Assembly (NCBI GenBank): GCA_002245135.1
Contig: NGBS01000022.1
Location: forward strand, 62,001-124,107
From: Proteromonas lacertae
Lineage: Eukaryota
Direction: 5' to 3'
Length of the DNA: 62,107 bases
Shown: positions 1 through 13,561 of the stretch, in pieces
Position numbering within the stretch: the first letter of the stretch is position 1
Layout of the letters: the number at the start of each line of letters is the position of its first letter
The notes under the pieces: generated by a model
The model's input: the letters and a program-made list of their open reading frames with translations, nothing else
The model's database searches: none
What the model was told of the DNA's origin: nothing
Translations under genes and position numbers: made by a program

Positions 1-1118
1 TATTAATATAAATAATGGAATAGATTTTGATATAACTTCATCATCATTAACCATAACAACAACAACAGAAGATGAATCAAAAGAAAAAGAAGTTTATTCA
101 TTTTCTAACATAAAGAAAGTTAAACCTCAATTATCATCATCATCTCCAATTATTATAACTGAATTACCAAAATCTCCAGTGAAGAAACAAACAAGAGAAA
201 TTGGAGTTAATACTGATAAAGTTGAATTTGCAGATGAATTATCAACTGTGTTAAATAGACCTACAAGATCTCCTTCAATGTCAGTTCAGATTAATTTATC
301 AGAGAATTATGAAAAAGAAATTGAAATATTGAATGAAAGAATCAGTAGAAAAGATGTAGAAATCAACGAAAAGAATGAATTGATAAACACATTCAAAGAA
401 AAGTCAGATAGAAGAAAAAAAGAAAATGATGAAATAGAAACCAAATATTCATATTTACAAGATAAATATTCTACATTATCTACTCATTATAAAGATATTC
501 AATATAAATATGTATATTTAATTATGATTCTATAATAAAAACAATAGAAAACACTTGAAAATCAGTTGATGAGACACGAAGATGAATATTCAAGATATAT
601 TGAATTATTACATTCAGCAATGGAATTAAATTCACATTCAAAAGAAGGAAGAAGGAGAGTTTCATCATCTACATCTTCATTAGTTCAAAGAAAAAAAAGT
701 GTAAAAGTAAGGCCAATTCCTGATTTATCAGTTAGAAATAATATTGATATTATCAGACAACATGTGAAGAAAACATCTGAATCATTTAGAAATGATCCAA
801 AGAATGGTGAATGTATATTATTTTCTCGTTTATTTCAATTTATATTTATAGATATGAAATTGCCAGTTTGGGTTAAAGATTCTGCAGTTGATAAATGCTT
901 TACTTGCAAACGTCAGTTTACATTATATAAAAGAAAACAGTATATATATATGTATTTCTTATTTCAATAGTCATTGTAGATTGTGTGGAAATATATTCTG
1001 TGATAGTTGTAGTAATAAGAAAATGATTTTATATGGCACAGGAATACCGTATCCACAACGTGTATGTGACAGTTGCTTCATTATTGGAATAACATTGAAG
1101 AAAGATGAAGATATATAA
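1..1118 (+). CDS. Coiled-coil + FYVE zinc-finger protein (5' end outside the window)
   Basis: The frame is open from the window start. Introns at 512-547, 813-851 and about 940-970 splice to WVKD..C..C..F..RKHHCRLCG.IFC..CS...RVCD.C, the FYVE signature. Stop at 1118. Confidence 0.9.
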
Positions 1119-1255
1119 CAAATCAATAAATATTTTGTTATGTGCATTACTAGTCTTATATATATATATTTATATACTCACAAATAAATCAGAAATTAAA
1201 ATCAAAATATACAAACAATAAACGGAGTGAGTTTATTTACATTATTTATATACAC

Positions 1256-1603
1256 TTACAAATATGGATTTCTTGGTCCAATATTCTGTTCAATAATAGC
1301 ACTCTTCTTCCTAGCTCTTATGCATAACATTTTCAAAGTATTTTCAGTTGCTACCATTACATTTGCCATTTTTCCTGTTAAATCACTTGCTCTTTGTCTC
1401 AATTGTCTAAGTTCTTCTTCCTCTCTTTCAGCTTCTTCCTTTTGAAATTGTTCCTCAAAGTATTCTATTCTTGTATCACTTAAATCCCAATCTCTGTGTT
1501 TTTCATGTAATAATTCCCTTATATCCATAAGTGAGAATGCTGGGCTATTAGCCAACAACTCTCTTAGTGCAGATTTTAGCTCCTCATCGCTAACAAACTT
1601 CAT
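1256..1603 (-). CDS. Small helical protein, weakly DEK-C-like N-terminus
   Basis: Single-exon 115-aa ORF with ATG and coding-like composition. SDEELKSALRELL..IRELL..WDLS only loosely resembles DEK-C. Confidence 0.6.
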   Translation of the reverse strand: MKFVSDEELKSALRELLANSPAFSLMDIRELLHEKHRDWDLSDTRIEYFEEQFQKEEAEREEEELRQLRQRASDLTGKMANVMVATENTLKMLCIRARKKSAIIEQNIGPRNPYL

Positions 1604-1724
1604 TTCTCTAAAAAATTCGTTACATTGATAGACAAGCTAAAACTTGTCATTTTTTCTTTTTTAAAGATTTAATTTTCTTTTTGTTTAGTAACTTATTCGT
1701 TTTATTTTTATTTTATTTTTTTCA

Positions 1725-4680
1725 ATGGCATTTCAAACATACACTACACCCAATTATGAACAACAGTTTATTGAATTTATGAAAGATCCACTAAAAACTT
1801 GTCATGTATGTTATATTATATAATTCTTATAGATAAACCCTACCTTAAAATTAAAATCATTAAACTCGTATACTCATAACTTCACTATTTTCTTAGATCA
1901 ACAAACAATCAAGCTAATACTTCTAATATTGAAGGGTTATGCGTATATTACTATAAGATATAATAATTTAGTTAAATGGTTTACTTGGAAATCGATATCA
2001 ATATGTGAAATTAATAGCTACTAGTAATTATGGTAGTATTTGTGAATTTATTGATACGAACCACTACAAGTGTCTTCATGTAGCGATCAAAATCGTACTT
2101 CCTGAATATAAAGACATAGCAATTCAAGAAATAGCATATATGAAGATATTACAGTTTAATAAAACAACAAAATCATCCAATCAAAACAGCCCATTCTGTC
2201 AACTGTACAATACATTTATATATCAAGAACATGTATGTATAGTGATGGAATTATTAGAAGATAGTTTATATAATTATTATTATGATGAAAAAAACAATAA
2301 CAAACCACTCAATGTTGATCAAGCTTTACAAATCATTGTATAAATATATAAATATATATAATATAAATAGACTCCAATCATTCATTGCTTAGCAGAATGT
2401 GAAAAGAAAACAATCATCTATGCAGATATAAAACCAGATAATATCTGTTATAATAAAAACAATCAATTTGAATTAATTGATTATGGTAATTGTGTAATGT
2501 TTACTCATCGTCATATTTATTATGAAAATTTTAATTTACAAAGTATAGCTTACCGTTCACCTGAAATATTATTTGGCTTGAATTCATATTCATATAATAT
2601 AGATTCCTGGTCAATTGGTTGTATTTTATATGAGTTAATAACAGGTGATATATTATTTGCTCATATTACTACAACTGAATGTTTATTTAAATTGTTACTT
2701 TCTTTATTCCAACCATTTCCATTTGAATTATTTAAAGATGGGAAATACTATCAGTTATTCTATGAATATTATTTGAATAATAATAACAATAATGTTGATA
2801 TTTCCATAGAACAAACATTATTATATAAAATATCAAAGTTACCTTATACAATTCGTCATATTTTGTTACATACATTGTGTTTAAATCCTTTAGAACGTTG
2901 GTCAGCAAAAGATATTTTATATTATTATTTTGTGGAAGTGAAAGATCCTTATATACCTATTCATTTAGGTGAATATGATCTGATTGATAATTGTAATTAT
3001 ATGGTTAAAAATGGTGAAAATTGTAAGATATTAAATAGTGAAATGGATGATATAAGATCATTGGAATTATTAAGAATTGAAGCTGAAAAGATTGAAATAG
3101 AAAATGTTAATAGTTATTATATACAGAAGATAGATAATGAGATAGAAATATTGAATAAAGAGTATAAAACATTATTAGAAAGAACTGATATAGGTAAAGA
3201 TAAGAAAATAATAGATTCTATTCAAATGATATTTAATAACATAAAACTAAATACAAGTGACAATAACAGTAATAATTATGAGATGAAAATGAAATATATA
3301 AATGAAGCAAAACAATATTTTAATTGTTATAAAAGAATAATATCAACTAATTCTACTGCTATTCCTTCAACTAACAGTAATACAATTATTTCTCCAATCA
3401 AAAAAGAACAAAAACATTTCCATTCTGAATCACAATCTCAACCTGTCACTCCTAGAAATGATCCTATTTATGATAGCAATAATAATGAAAATAACATAAA
3501 AAGAAGAAGAAGAAGAAGTTCATATTATAAACAATCATCTTCATCTACTTCTACTTCATCTATAACATCATCTCCACCATCAACTCCTCCACCTCCTCCA
3601 TTATTAACAACTACCACATCACCATCATTACCACTCTCTAATACATCATCACATCAACTACAGACATCATCTATAGTAATAACAACTCCATATCAACAAC
3701 ATTATAATAACAAAAGAAAGAAAAGAGTCAATAGAAAGTTGGATGTGGTTATTTCAGAACCATTAACATCTTTAACACAAATTGATAATTTAAATAATAA
3801 TAATAATTTACCATCATTTAAATCCACTACCTCATCATCTTTATCATCATCTTCCTCTTCGTCATCAGCATCATCTTCTTCCTCTTCAGTTTCATCTTCC
3901 ACTTCGTTATTATCAACTAATTCTTTATCATCAGTTGTAGTTCATTCCACCTCTCCAATTTTATCACAACAAAACAGAGGTGTATTAATTAACAAAATAA
4001 AAGCACTCTTTTATGAAGTAAAAGAAAAGATTAATAAAAATAACTTACATGATTGTGAAATTATATATAATAATATGATAGATATAGATTTACATGATAA
4101 TTATTTAAATATAATTACTCATACCAAGTTAATCCAATTGTATAACAAACTAGTACAAACCAATAACACTTGTGATTTATATATCAATTATATTGACAAT
4201 ATTTGTTCAAACATTAAAGAGTTTGAAGACATAAAAAGTAATAAGAATTATGTAATTACACCTGAGTTAAGAGCTGAAATAGATAAAGAGATACAAATAT
4301 TACAAGGTTTTCTATCTCAATTAGTTAAAAACACAAGTTCAACTCCAATTAATGATTTATATATTTCAGTGGAAAAATCCATCAGTGAAATGAAGAAAAA
4401 AATCAACTATACACATTATGTGTATTGCTATAGTAAATTAGTATTAAAATTCAATCAATGTCGACCTGAATTAATGAATAATAAGTATAATAAAGAAACA
4501 TACAACATTGAGAATCAGATTAATGAAATAGGTAGTAATATAAGGAACAGAAAGTTTGAAGAAATAGATAAGTCCTTTGATGATGTGTATAAGCTAATGC
4601 CGAGTAAAATATCTTCACCTATTCATACTCATTCTTTACCAAAGAAAAGAAGAAAGAAGAATGAGTCTGTTAGTAATTAA
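1725..4680 (+). CDS. Divergent CMGC (DYRK/HIPK-like) protein kinase with long low-complexity C-terminus
   Basis: Four short introns join the ATG at 1725 to VAIK, HVCIVMELL, YADIKPDN, IDYG, QSIAYRSPEIL and DSWSIGCI. Ser/Asn/Pro-rich tail. Confidence 0.85.
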
Positions 4681-4796
4681 ATGAATTATATATTTTTAGT
4701 TATGTATACCTTTAGATTGAATTGATTGTTTGTGTGAAAAATAAAAAAACAAAAATTGAGAAACGAATATATTTTCAGTCGTTTCAAAATTGAAAA

Positions 4797-5788
4797 ATGT
4801 CTTTAAAATTCCTCCATGCGAGATCAATTGAAGCTATTAAGTATTTATGTACTGAAAATGAACAATTAAAAAAGCAAATAACAGAAATTAAAGCCCCACC
4901 ACCGTCATTTACAGAAGAGGATAGAAAAAAGCTAGAAAGTGACATAGAACAGAAATATATATTTAAAATCAGAGATGTATTAACTAATATTTATGGTTTT
5001 AATAGCTAAATAAAGACATTATGAAATTGAAAGACGAAATGTCATATTTGAAAGATGATATTACAAAAATACAAGAATCTAACAGTCTACTAACTATTAG
5101 AAATCAAGCAATGGAAAAAGAAAGAAAAGAAACACTAAAAGTATAATTAACTCAATTATTGTATTAGATAATAGCAGAAAGAGATGCAACAATAAAAGAG
5201 AAAGATGCAGAAATACTAGAACTCAAGTCAGATACATATAAACTATCCAAAAGAATGGGAACAACGTTAGATCCTGACAATGTCACTTTAAAAGTGCAAT
5301 TGGAGAAACAAAAAACGATCCAAGCAGATCTCGAGAAACAAATTCAAACATTAGAAAACACAATGAAAGTAAAACTGCAAGATAAAGATGATATAATTGG
5401 AGTATTAAGAAGGGATATTAAGAAGATGCAGGATAATGACAAGGGCAAAGAAGTTGATCAATTAGCAAAGACAGTCGCTGTACAAAAGGAACAAATAGAA
5501 AATTTGACTAAACAGAAGAAACAGTTGGAATTAATTAAAACAGATTTTATGAATTCGACAAGTCTATTAAAACAGAGAGTGAATGAAGCTGAAGCTAAGG
5601 CGAAGATGTATGAAGATGAAATTAAACCGCTAAAAGATAAGTTAGAGTTTTATGCAAAGAATGAAGATCAATTTAAGAGATTTGTAGAGATGAGAAAGGA
5701 AGTAACTGCCTTGAGACAAAAAGTAGCTAAATTGGAGAAAGAGAGGAAGTTGGTAAAACAGAAACAAGTTACACTTCCAGATTCTTAA
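4797..5788 (+). CDS. Coiled-coil protein, unknown function
   Basis: Three exons joined by two GTAT..TAG introns of about 27-29 nt; heptad-rich K/E/L/Q sequence. Confidence 0.75.
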
Positions 5789-5905
5789 ATAATTTAATAT
5801 TATTCGTTATTTATTATATTGTGAATGAAATAAATTAGTATAAATAACATATTGAGAAGTATATATAATTTAAGAGAGTAAAAGAGATATAAAAAAATGA
5901 AAATG

Positions 5906-5978
5906 TGGTGGGGGCGGGGCTCGAACCCGCGACCTTTGGCTCATAAGACCAAAGCTCTACCAACTGAGCTACTCCACC
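5906..5978 (-). tRNA. tRNA-Ile(UAU), intronless
   Basis: The reverse complement folds as GGTGGAG TA GCTC-AGTTGGTA-GAGC T TTGGT-CTTATGA-GCCAA AGGTC GCGGG-TTCGAGC-CCCGC CCCCACC A. T-runs follow downstream. Confidence 0.93.
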
Positions 5979-6316
5979 TTCTAAAAGATTTTATTTTTAG
6001 GTTAGATGAATGATAGAATTGTTTTTTGTTAATTTCTTTTTACAGAAATTAAAGAATAGTAAACTTTGTATAGAAAAATATAACAAAGCGATTCATCTAT
6101 CTTATAGATCAATTTTAATGTTTATTACTCAATTTGAGAATGTTAATTAATGCTTATTTTGGTTATATTTACGTTTTAAATGCTTTATAATAGTCTTAAA
6201 CAACGTGACATAAAGTTTTCTTTAAATATTTTTAGTTGTATTGTTAAAAAATGTTAAATACAAAGAAGGGTGTATTTTGAAAGGATTTTGATTTGTTATT
6301 TCAATATTTAAAATAA

Positions 6317-7453
6317 ATGTATCAAGCTTTAAGATTTCGTCCATGTAAACGTGTTGTATATTAAACTGTTGCTATTATGAGTAGCTTACTCTTGCAAGAA
6401 CCTTTGCCGAAGAGATTAAGCCAAATGTTCCTAAACCAGAAGGTAAATTACCACCCAAAACAACAATTCCAAAGAAGCCAGTAAAACCACCAATGCAAGG
6501 CAAGAAGAAGGGACATGGTCTCTTGTATACTACAATTATAATCGGCATTCCTTGTGCTGGTCTTGTATACTACAGAGTAAGCAAAGATGCTCAAGTGATG
6601 GTTAGTGAAAAAGTGCCACAACTCGAGAATGCACTTTCATTCTGTCTTCCCGCTTATCACACTCCAGAGGTATATTTTTTAAGTCTATAACATTCATAGT
6701 GCAACCTACATTTGGATACATTATACCATTTAGCTTCACTTTATTTAGAAGTTACTGATAAAAGTATAAAATAGAATTATATATGATTTATATTTTAAAA
6801 TAGCCCAAACATTAAATGTTAACGATGCCATTACAATTATGGAGAAATTAGGCTTTAAAGATTGTCAAGCTTGTCAACAAATCAGAACAAAATCAATTAC
6901 AAAATTAGCAGGTGAAAAAGACTTAACTGGAACAATGGTGACAGTAGCAAACTCAATATCAAGCTTCTGGTGGCCAGAGACTGTAGTTCATGAAGATACT
7001 CCATTCACAATTGTTGATGTTGTTTTATTATTACAAGCATGTATGGCAGAGAAGAAAGTGTCTGAACAAGAAGTAATTAACAGAATTAAATCAATGAATA
7101 TTGGTCAACCAACCCAAAGAGTAAAGGATAAGATGAAGGAAGCTCAAATTGTTTTCATGAACGTTCCTAATTATATTAAAGCTGTGAATGAAATATGTGA
7201 ACGTAATGCAGCTAAAGGTGGTAAATTACAGCCAAAGCAAAAACTACAAACAAAGAAGGTTCAACCAGCTAAGACTACTCAAGCTACTGCAGGAGGTGCT
7301 GCTGCTGCTGCTGCTGGTAGTAACAATTTATCAAAGAAAGTAATTATAGGACAAGAAACTCCAAAGGACAAACAGATGTATTATGTTGGTGGAGGTGCTG
7401 TTTTAGTTGCTTTAGCTGCTGTAGCTTTTTTAATGAGTGGTAATAAGAGTTAA
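6317..7453 (+). CDS. Probable mitochondrion-related-organelle (MRO) membrane protein with presequence and two TM segments
   Basis: Four exons splice in frame: MYQALRFRPCKRVLTLARTFA (Arg-rich, acid-free presequence), then TM LLYTTIIIGIPCAGLVYY, and a C-terminal TM YYVGGGAVLVALAAVAFLM. Confidence 0.7.
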
Positions 7454-7762
7454 TTTCCACATAATCTTTCTTAATAAAAAGTATTTTTTAAAATGATTTG
7501 GTTATATTCATCCTATATTTTCTTGTGTGAAAAAGAATTATCGAAAAATCAAAAATGAAACGAATTAATAAATTTAAATATAGTTCTAAACAGAATAGGA
7601 TGTGTATTTAATTTAGCCTCGAATATTTATGAGATTTGATTTGATATTTCATTTCTTGTAACGAGCAAATTTTAGTTCTTTTATAAAGTTTATTAATTTT
7701 AAGCTGTCTAATAGTCTTTTTAGATAAACAGATTAATTTTATAATATTTATTACCTACAATA

Positions 7763-9628
7763 ATGAGCTCATCACTGTTACTAACAAGATTAGAACAGCA
7801 AAACACACTCTGTAGTATATATGGCTTCAATATAATTTCTGTAGATGATGATGATTCTTACACATCAGACGCTGAAGACGATTACCTTCCACAGAAAAGA
7901 AAAAGAAGTATATTCTATTTAATTACTGTTATTCCTCTAGAGCACACACCAAAACTCGATAAAAATGGAGAACCTCGTATCCATGCAGCGCCGAGGTTTT
8001 GGTCCGAAGAGGAAGAGACTTTATTCAGAGAAGCATTAGAGAAGTACGGAAGGGATTGGAAGAAGTGTGCTACACATATTAAAACTCGAGATGACAGGTC
8101 CGTAGCATCACATGCACAAAAATACTTCATTAAGTTATATATACGAAAATTACCCTTACCTGACAAAGTAAAAGAATCAGGTGAAGGATATACACTATCA
8201 GGAAAACCATTAAATCCTGATAGTGCTGCTGCTAGAGCCTATGGCGTAAAAGGAAATGAAGCAAGTAAAGAATATCGAAAAGAAAGACTTGAGAAACAAA
8301 AGAAGAAAGAGATGGATATAACTTCATCCTCATCAGGAGGTATAACGTCCTATAGTGATAATAAGAAAAGCAAAAAAGCGAGAAAGAAGCGAAGTTCCGC
8401 AATTGATTCAGAAAGTGATACAAGTGAAAGTATGAGTGAAGATGAAGATAACAATATAAGTGAAAATGATTCAACTAAATCAAATACTCCTCAATCAATG
8501 CAACAACAAGCAGGAAATAATAATAATAATAATAATAAAGATGAAGAAGAAAAACCATCGAATATTCCTAAACGAGAATATCATTTTCGAAAAGCTAAAC
8601 AAAGTATCTTATTAAGAGATGATACTGATTTAACTACTTGTCATTTATACAGTGGAGAACCAGGAAGTGGTAAAGCCAATTCTCAACCATTTATTGTAAA
8701 AGTAAATACAACATCGCTATTAGTAGTTGATTTCCACTGTCATTGTAGTAATCGTGAAGTGATAGGATATTTAGGTGGAAAATGGAATGCTGAAAGTCGA
8801 ACAATCAATATATTGAAAGCATTTCCTGGTCGATCATTATCTTATTCTGGTGAAAGTGATAAACACTGTGAGATGGATCCAATCTATGAAGTTCAAATAA
8901 AAGAAGAAGTAAGTAAAGAAGGAATGATAATCGTTGGTTGGTATCATAGTCATCCATTATTTGGTCCAACTCCCTCAATGTGTGATGTAACTAATCAAGC
9001 TAATTATCAAATATTCTTTCGAGATGAAAAGAATCATATAGATCCATTTGTTGGTTTAATCGTCAGTACATTTGATTCTGAATTACAGACTGAAGAAAGT
9101 TTAATGAATTGGTTTGTGACTGAAGGAATAATGACAAATCCAATGGCAATGATATTACAAGTAGAACAAATACGAGATAATATAAATCAAGAAGAAATCT
9201 TAAATATTTGTGTATATATATATAATATAATATAATAATTATTATAATATAATAGAGTGATTTATTAGAACCGAATAAATATATACCTCATCCAGTGAAT
9301 TACAATCATAAATGGAAAAATGGAATGAATTATTTAGAAAAGATATTTTATTCATTATTATTCCATTCCCATCATTGTGAAGGTGATGATTATCGAAATT
9401 TAATAAGTTGTTTAATTCAATTAATAGCTGGTATATATATATATATATATTTATTTATTTTTATTGTTCCAGTAGATACTAAAATGGTAAAATGTACAAC
9501 CGTGAAATCTGATAAAATCTTAAATGATTCAAGTGAAAGTGATAATGAAGAAATAATTCTATCACAACATCATCATCAACAACAACAACATCAACAACAA
9601 CAAATCCAAATAGAACAACAAGAAGAAA

Positions 9629-9663
<35 letters not shown>

Positions 9664-9714
9664 TCCTCTTCTTCTCCATCATCTATAGAAGGTAATAATG
9701 AATGTGACAATATA

Positions 9715-9745
<31 letters not shown>

Positions 9746-9870
9746 TTAGTAATAATGAAAAATATTTCTCAAGTAGTAGTAATGATATGTTTAGTAATTT
9801 TGAGAATATGGATCCAATATTCCCTTCTGATGATGATGGAAGTAGTGGAAGTAATAATGGTTGTGTATAG
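7763..9870 (+). CDS. MYSM1-like Myb/SANT + MPN+/JAMM deubiquitinase
   Basis: WSEEEE..F..AL.KYGRDW....SHAQKYF (SANT), EVIGYLGG and GWYHSHP....PS..D (JAMM). Intron at about 9211-9255. True start uncertain. Confidence 0.88.
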
Positions 9871-10104
9871 AAAGAATATTTCTTTGTTTACTTATAATCT
9901 AACTTATTAATTTTCGTAATTAAATTAAAACCTTCTCTCTATATTTCTCTGTAATTATAAAAATTGTTTTATTGTTTATGTAATAATTCAAAAATTAAAA
10001 AAAAGAACATGAATGTATTTTATTGTATTTTTTAGATCTTTATATTTATCATCTTTGTGAGTGATTTGATATTAGCTGATGTTGGAAATGATAAAAATAA
10101 AGAA

Positions 10105-11290
10105 TTATTTCAATTTAGGATGAGTTAAATCAATTGTGGCATTGCTTTCTGAAGCATTACATTTGGCTGTAACTTTAAGTATTCCATTGACATTAACATC
10201 AAAGTCTATTTCAATATTAGAAGTATCATTCATTACTTTTATTGTAACTTTACCTAACTCTATTTGACTAGCTACACTAGTTCCATCTCCTTCAAAAATA
10301 CTAACAACAGCAATACCTCTTCTGGATGAAACTACTGTACTTCCTTTGGCTGGTAATTTTGAACATCTCTCTATTATTACTGTCATTGCTGGACTTCCTA
10401 ATGCTCGTTTTGTTCCAATTCCTACTGCTCTTGATAATACATCAACTATTTTATAATGATTTATTGTTTCATCTTGTAATGTTCTTCCATATAATGCAGC
10501 TCCTATTGCTACAGCTTCTTCAGGATTTATGCTTCTACAAATTGGAATATCTTTAAAATTCTTCTTTAATATTTCTTCTACAGCTGGAATTTTACTTGAA
10601 CAACCAACTAATATGATATAATCTATCTTTTCTATCTTTCCAAATTTTATTGCATCATTACATTTCTTTATTGTTTTATAGAAAAGATCTTGACAAATTT
10701 CTTCCAATTCTGATTTGCTTACTTCTCTTGTAAATTCATTTTCATCATCTATTTCAATCTCAAAATCATATGTTATAGTTGAAGATAAGTTGATTTTTAT
10801 TTCATCTGAAGTTTTTCTAATTCTTTCCACTATTTTCTCATCTAATTCTTTTCCTCCCATAGATTCCTGAATGTTTAACACAAGATATTCACACAATCGA
10901 TTTGTTATATCTTCACCTCCTAAATGATTATTACCTGCTGTACTTATCACAGTTATATCATTACCACTAACATTTAATATTGAAACATCAAAACTACTTC
11001 CACCAAAATCATACACCATTATATTACATTTATCTTTTTTTATTATATTATTCGAAATATAAGCTATCGCAGCAGCTGTTGGTTCATTAATCAAATATAT
11101 TACTTTTAAACCAGCTTCTTTTGCTGCTTTCATTGTTTCATCTCTTTGTAAAAAACTAAAATCAGCTGGAACAGTGAGAATAACAGGAAAATCGTTTGGA
11201 TTTTCTTTTGATGATTCTGGAATGTATGGAATTGCCATTTCTTTTATATGTCTTAATATCATTGATGAAATTTCAACTGGATTATATCTC
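10105..11290 (-). pseudogene. 5'-truncated, lidless atypical Hsp70
   Basis: Homology starts at YNPVEISSMIL with no GIDLGTT lobe. Has TVPADF, INEPTAAAIAY, DFGGSSFDVS, LGGEDI and NPEEAVAIGAA. Ends after a degenerate SBD-beta; intronless. Confidence 0.75.
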
Positions 11291-11603
11291 CAAAAATGAT
11301 GGAAAAGGTAAATCTGGATATATTACATGAAGATGTGTGTTATTAGATGGAAATGCAATGTGGGAAAGTCCTATTAATGAATGTTTAAGAAGTTAAAAAG
11401 AAGTCCTATTAAATTGAGATTATTTTTAAAACTCTAATAAATCTATATTCACTTCACCAATCACATGTTAATTATTAATAAGATAAAAATATATTCTTTT
11501 TAATTTGATATTTATCTTTTGTCATTCAAAAATTCAATAATACATTCATTTGTATTTCATTCTGTATTTTTGTATTTGAAATATTCTTCTTAATTCTTAC
11601 TTT

Positions 11604-12581
11604 ATGAAGACAATGTACGAAATTAACATATTCACATTTTAATAGATTCGCATTTGCAATTTTATTAGCATTATTCTCATCAGTTTATGCAGTAGATCCA
11701 ATAATTACTCTGTTAGGACTTTTCAAAGACAGTATTAAATTAAGAATTATATAAAATCATGTAATAGATTTACTAGGCTCAATTGTAAGAGGAATTATCG
11801 GAGATGAATGTTACAAAACAATTGTATACGATGGTAATTACCTGGATATACCATGTTTAAAGGTAGTAATTAGCAAGGGTATAGGATATGGAATGATTAT
11901 ATTCTCTTCAATATTGAAATTACCTCAAATTATAAAAATATTGTCAGCTAAGAGTGTTGAAGGTTTATCTCCAGCCAGTTTCTATATGGAAGTACTTGCT
12001 TTTACCTTCACAATCGTATATAACTATATACTGAAATATCCCTTCTCTTCTTATGGAGAAGCAGTAGTAATCAATGTTCAAAACATATTTTTAGTATTTT
12101 TACTATGGATGTATATGTAATTTCATTATTGTATATAGATATTCTGATAAAAATACAAAACCATCGTTGATGACTCAATTATCCTTGATCTCAAGTTACA
12201 TTGCATTGATAATTGGAATGTTGTATTTACCAAATGAATATTTATCTATCTTACCAGCTGTGAGTACATTATCAGCAATGATAGGAAGAATCCCTCAAAT
12301 AATTTTGAATTTCAAGAATAAACATACTGGACAAGTATATATATATATATATATATAATGTATAATTTATGAATGTAAAATAGTTGGCATTTTTATCATT
12401 TTTCTTAACAGCAATGGGTGGTTTTGTTCGAATTTTCACTTCTTATCAAGAAACAGGTGATATTGTATTATATGGTGGTTATATCTTAACTTCAATAATT
12501 AATTTCACTTTAGTTGGTCAAATATTGATGTATGAAAGTAATACCAAAGAAATATTAAAGAAAGAAAAGAAGATTGATTAA
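11604..12581 (+). CDS. MPDU1: Mannose-P-dolichol utilisation defect 1-like PQ-loop protein
   Basis: Spliced sequence CLKVVISKGIGYGMIIFSSILKLPQIIKILSAKSVEGLS, second PQ loop RIPQIILNFKNKHTGQL, and RIFTSYQETGD. Confidence 0.88.
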
Positions 12582-12660
12582 ATTTAATGAAATTATTTCT
12601 TTATTCTAATTTTGTTTTTATTTTGACAATCAAACAAGAGAAAAGTGTTGAATAAATGGA

Positions 12661-12830
12661 TAATTCTTTTCCTATATATTCCTCACACAATCGATTTGTT
12701 ATATCTTGACCGTCTAAATCATTATTACCTGCTGTACTTAACACAGTTATATCATTACCACTAACATTTAAAATTAAATCATCAAAATTACTTCCACCAA
12801 AATCATCGACTAAAATGGTGTTACAAATTT
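12661..12830 (-). pseudogene. Hsp70 fragment, decayed copy of about 10850-11035
   Basis: DFGGSNFDDLILNVSGNDITVLSTAGNNDLDGQDITNRLCE aligns at DNA level with the 10.1-kb Hsp70, with an internal deletion. Confidence 0.85.
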
Positions 12831-13411
12831 TTCTTCTGAACAACAACAAATTTTCTCATAGTGTGCTGATATATAACACAAAAAGAAATTGCTTACTAAA
12901 ATCAAAATGTTAAACATTACATCAACAACACCAACAGATACTGAAGCAATAATTATTCCCACTATATTAACAAACATTATACATACTGATATGTAGGATA
13001 TAGATATACAAGCAACAAAATTGATAATTATAAATAGTAACAAGTTTACTACACTTTCCAATATTATTAAAACTATATACACATATCTAATATCTGACAT
13101 AAAATAGTCTTCATTGAAAAAAAAGAAGAAAATACATAATGCATCAAATATTAATGAAATAAAGTTAAGAATATTTTTCTAAAATATATAATATCTATAA
13201 ATTATACGAATAATTTAGGATAAGGAGGTAAATCACCTGTGTAAAGACAAGAACATCCATATTTGTGCCTTACTGGGTATATTGATGGTAAATCATTCGT
13301 ATATATATCCAAAAACTCTGAATTATTCTTATCATTACTTTTTTCGAATATTTTCTCTGTATTATTTGTTCGTGGATTATAATTTTGGTATTTTATTGAA
13401 GATTCTTCCAT
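12810..13411 (-). CDS. Multi-pass membrane protein, unknown function (two exons)
   Basis: A 29-nt GTAT..TAG intron (about 13179-13207) joins ORF 13202-13411 in frame to the hydrophobic ORF 12810-13100, giving about 190 aa. Confidence 0.6.
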
Positions 13412-13561
13412 GAAAAATATAATTTGTGTTGGATGCTGTATTATCTGTTGAGACTGATGAGATAAATCTTTTTAAATCACTTGAAACGAATATATTTTTA
13501 AAACATTAAAAAACATTTCAAAATAATAATACAATATAACAATAATAAAAACTAATTACAT

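Noticed and set aside
1925..1971. Apparent GC-AG intron in the kinase gene
   Set aside because: An additional canonical 29-nt intron upstream (GTATACTC..CTTAG) restores the frame with a normal GT donor.
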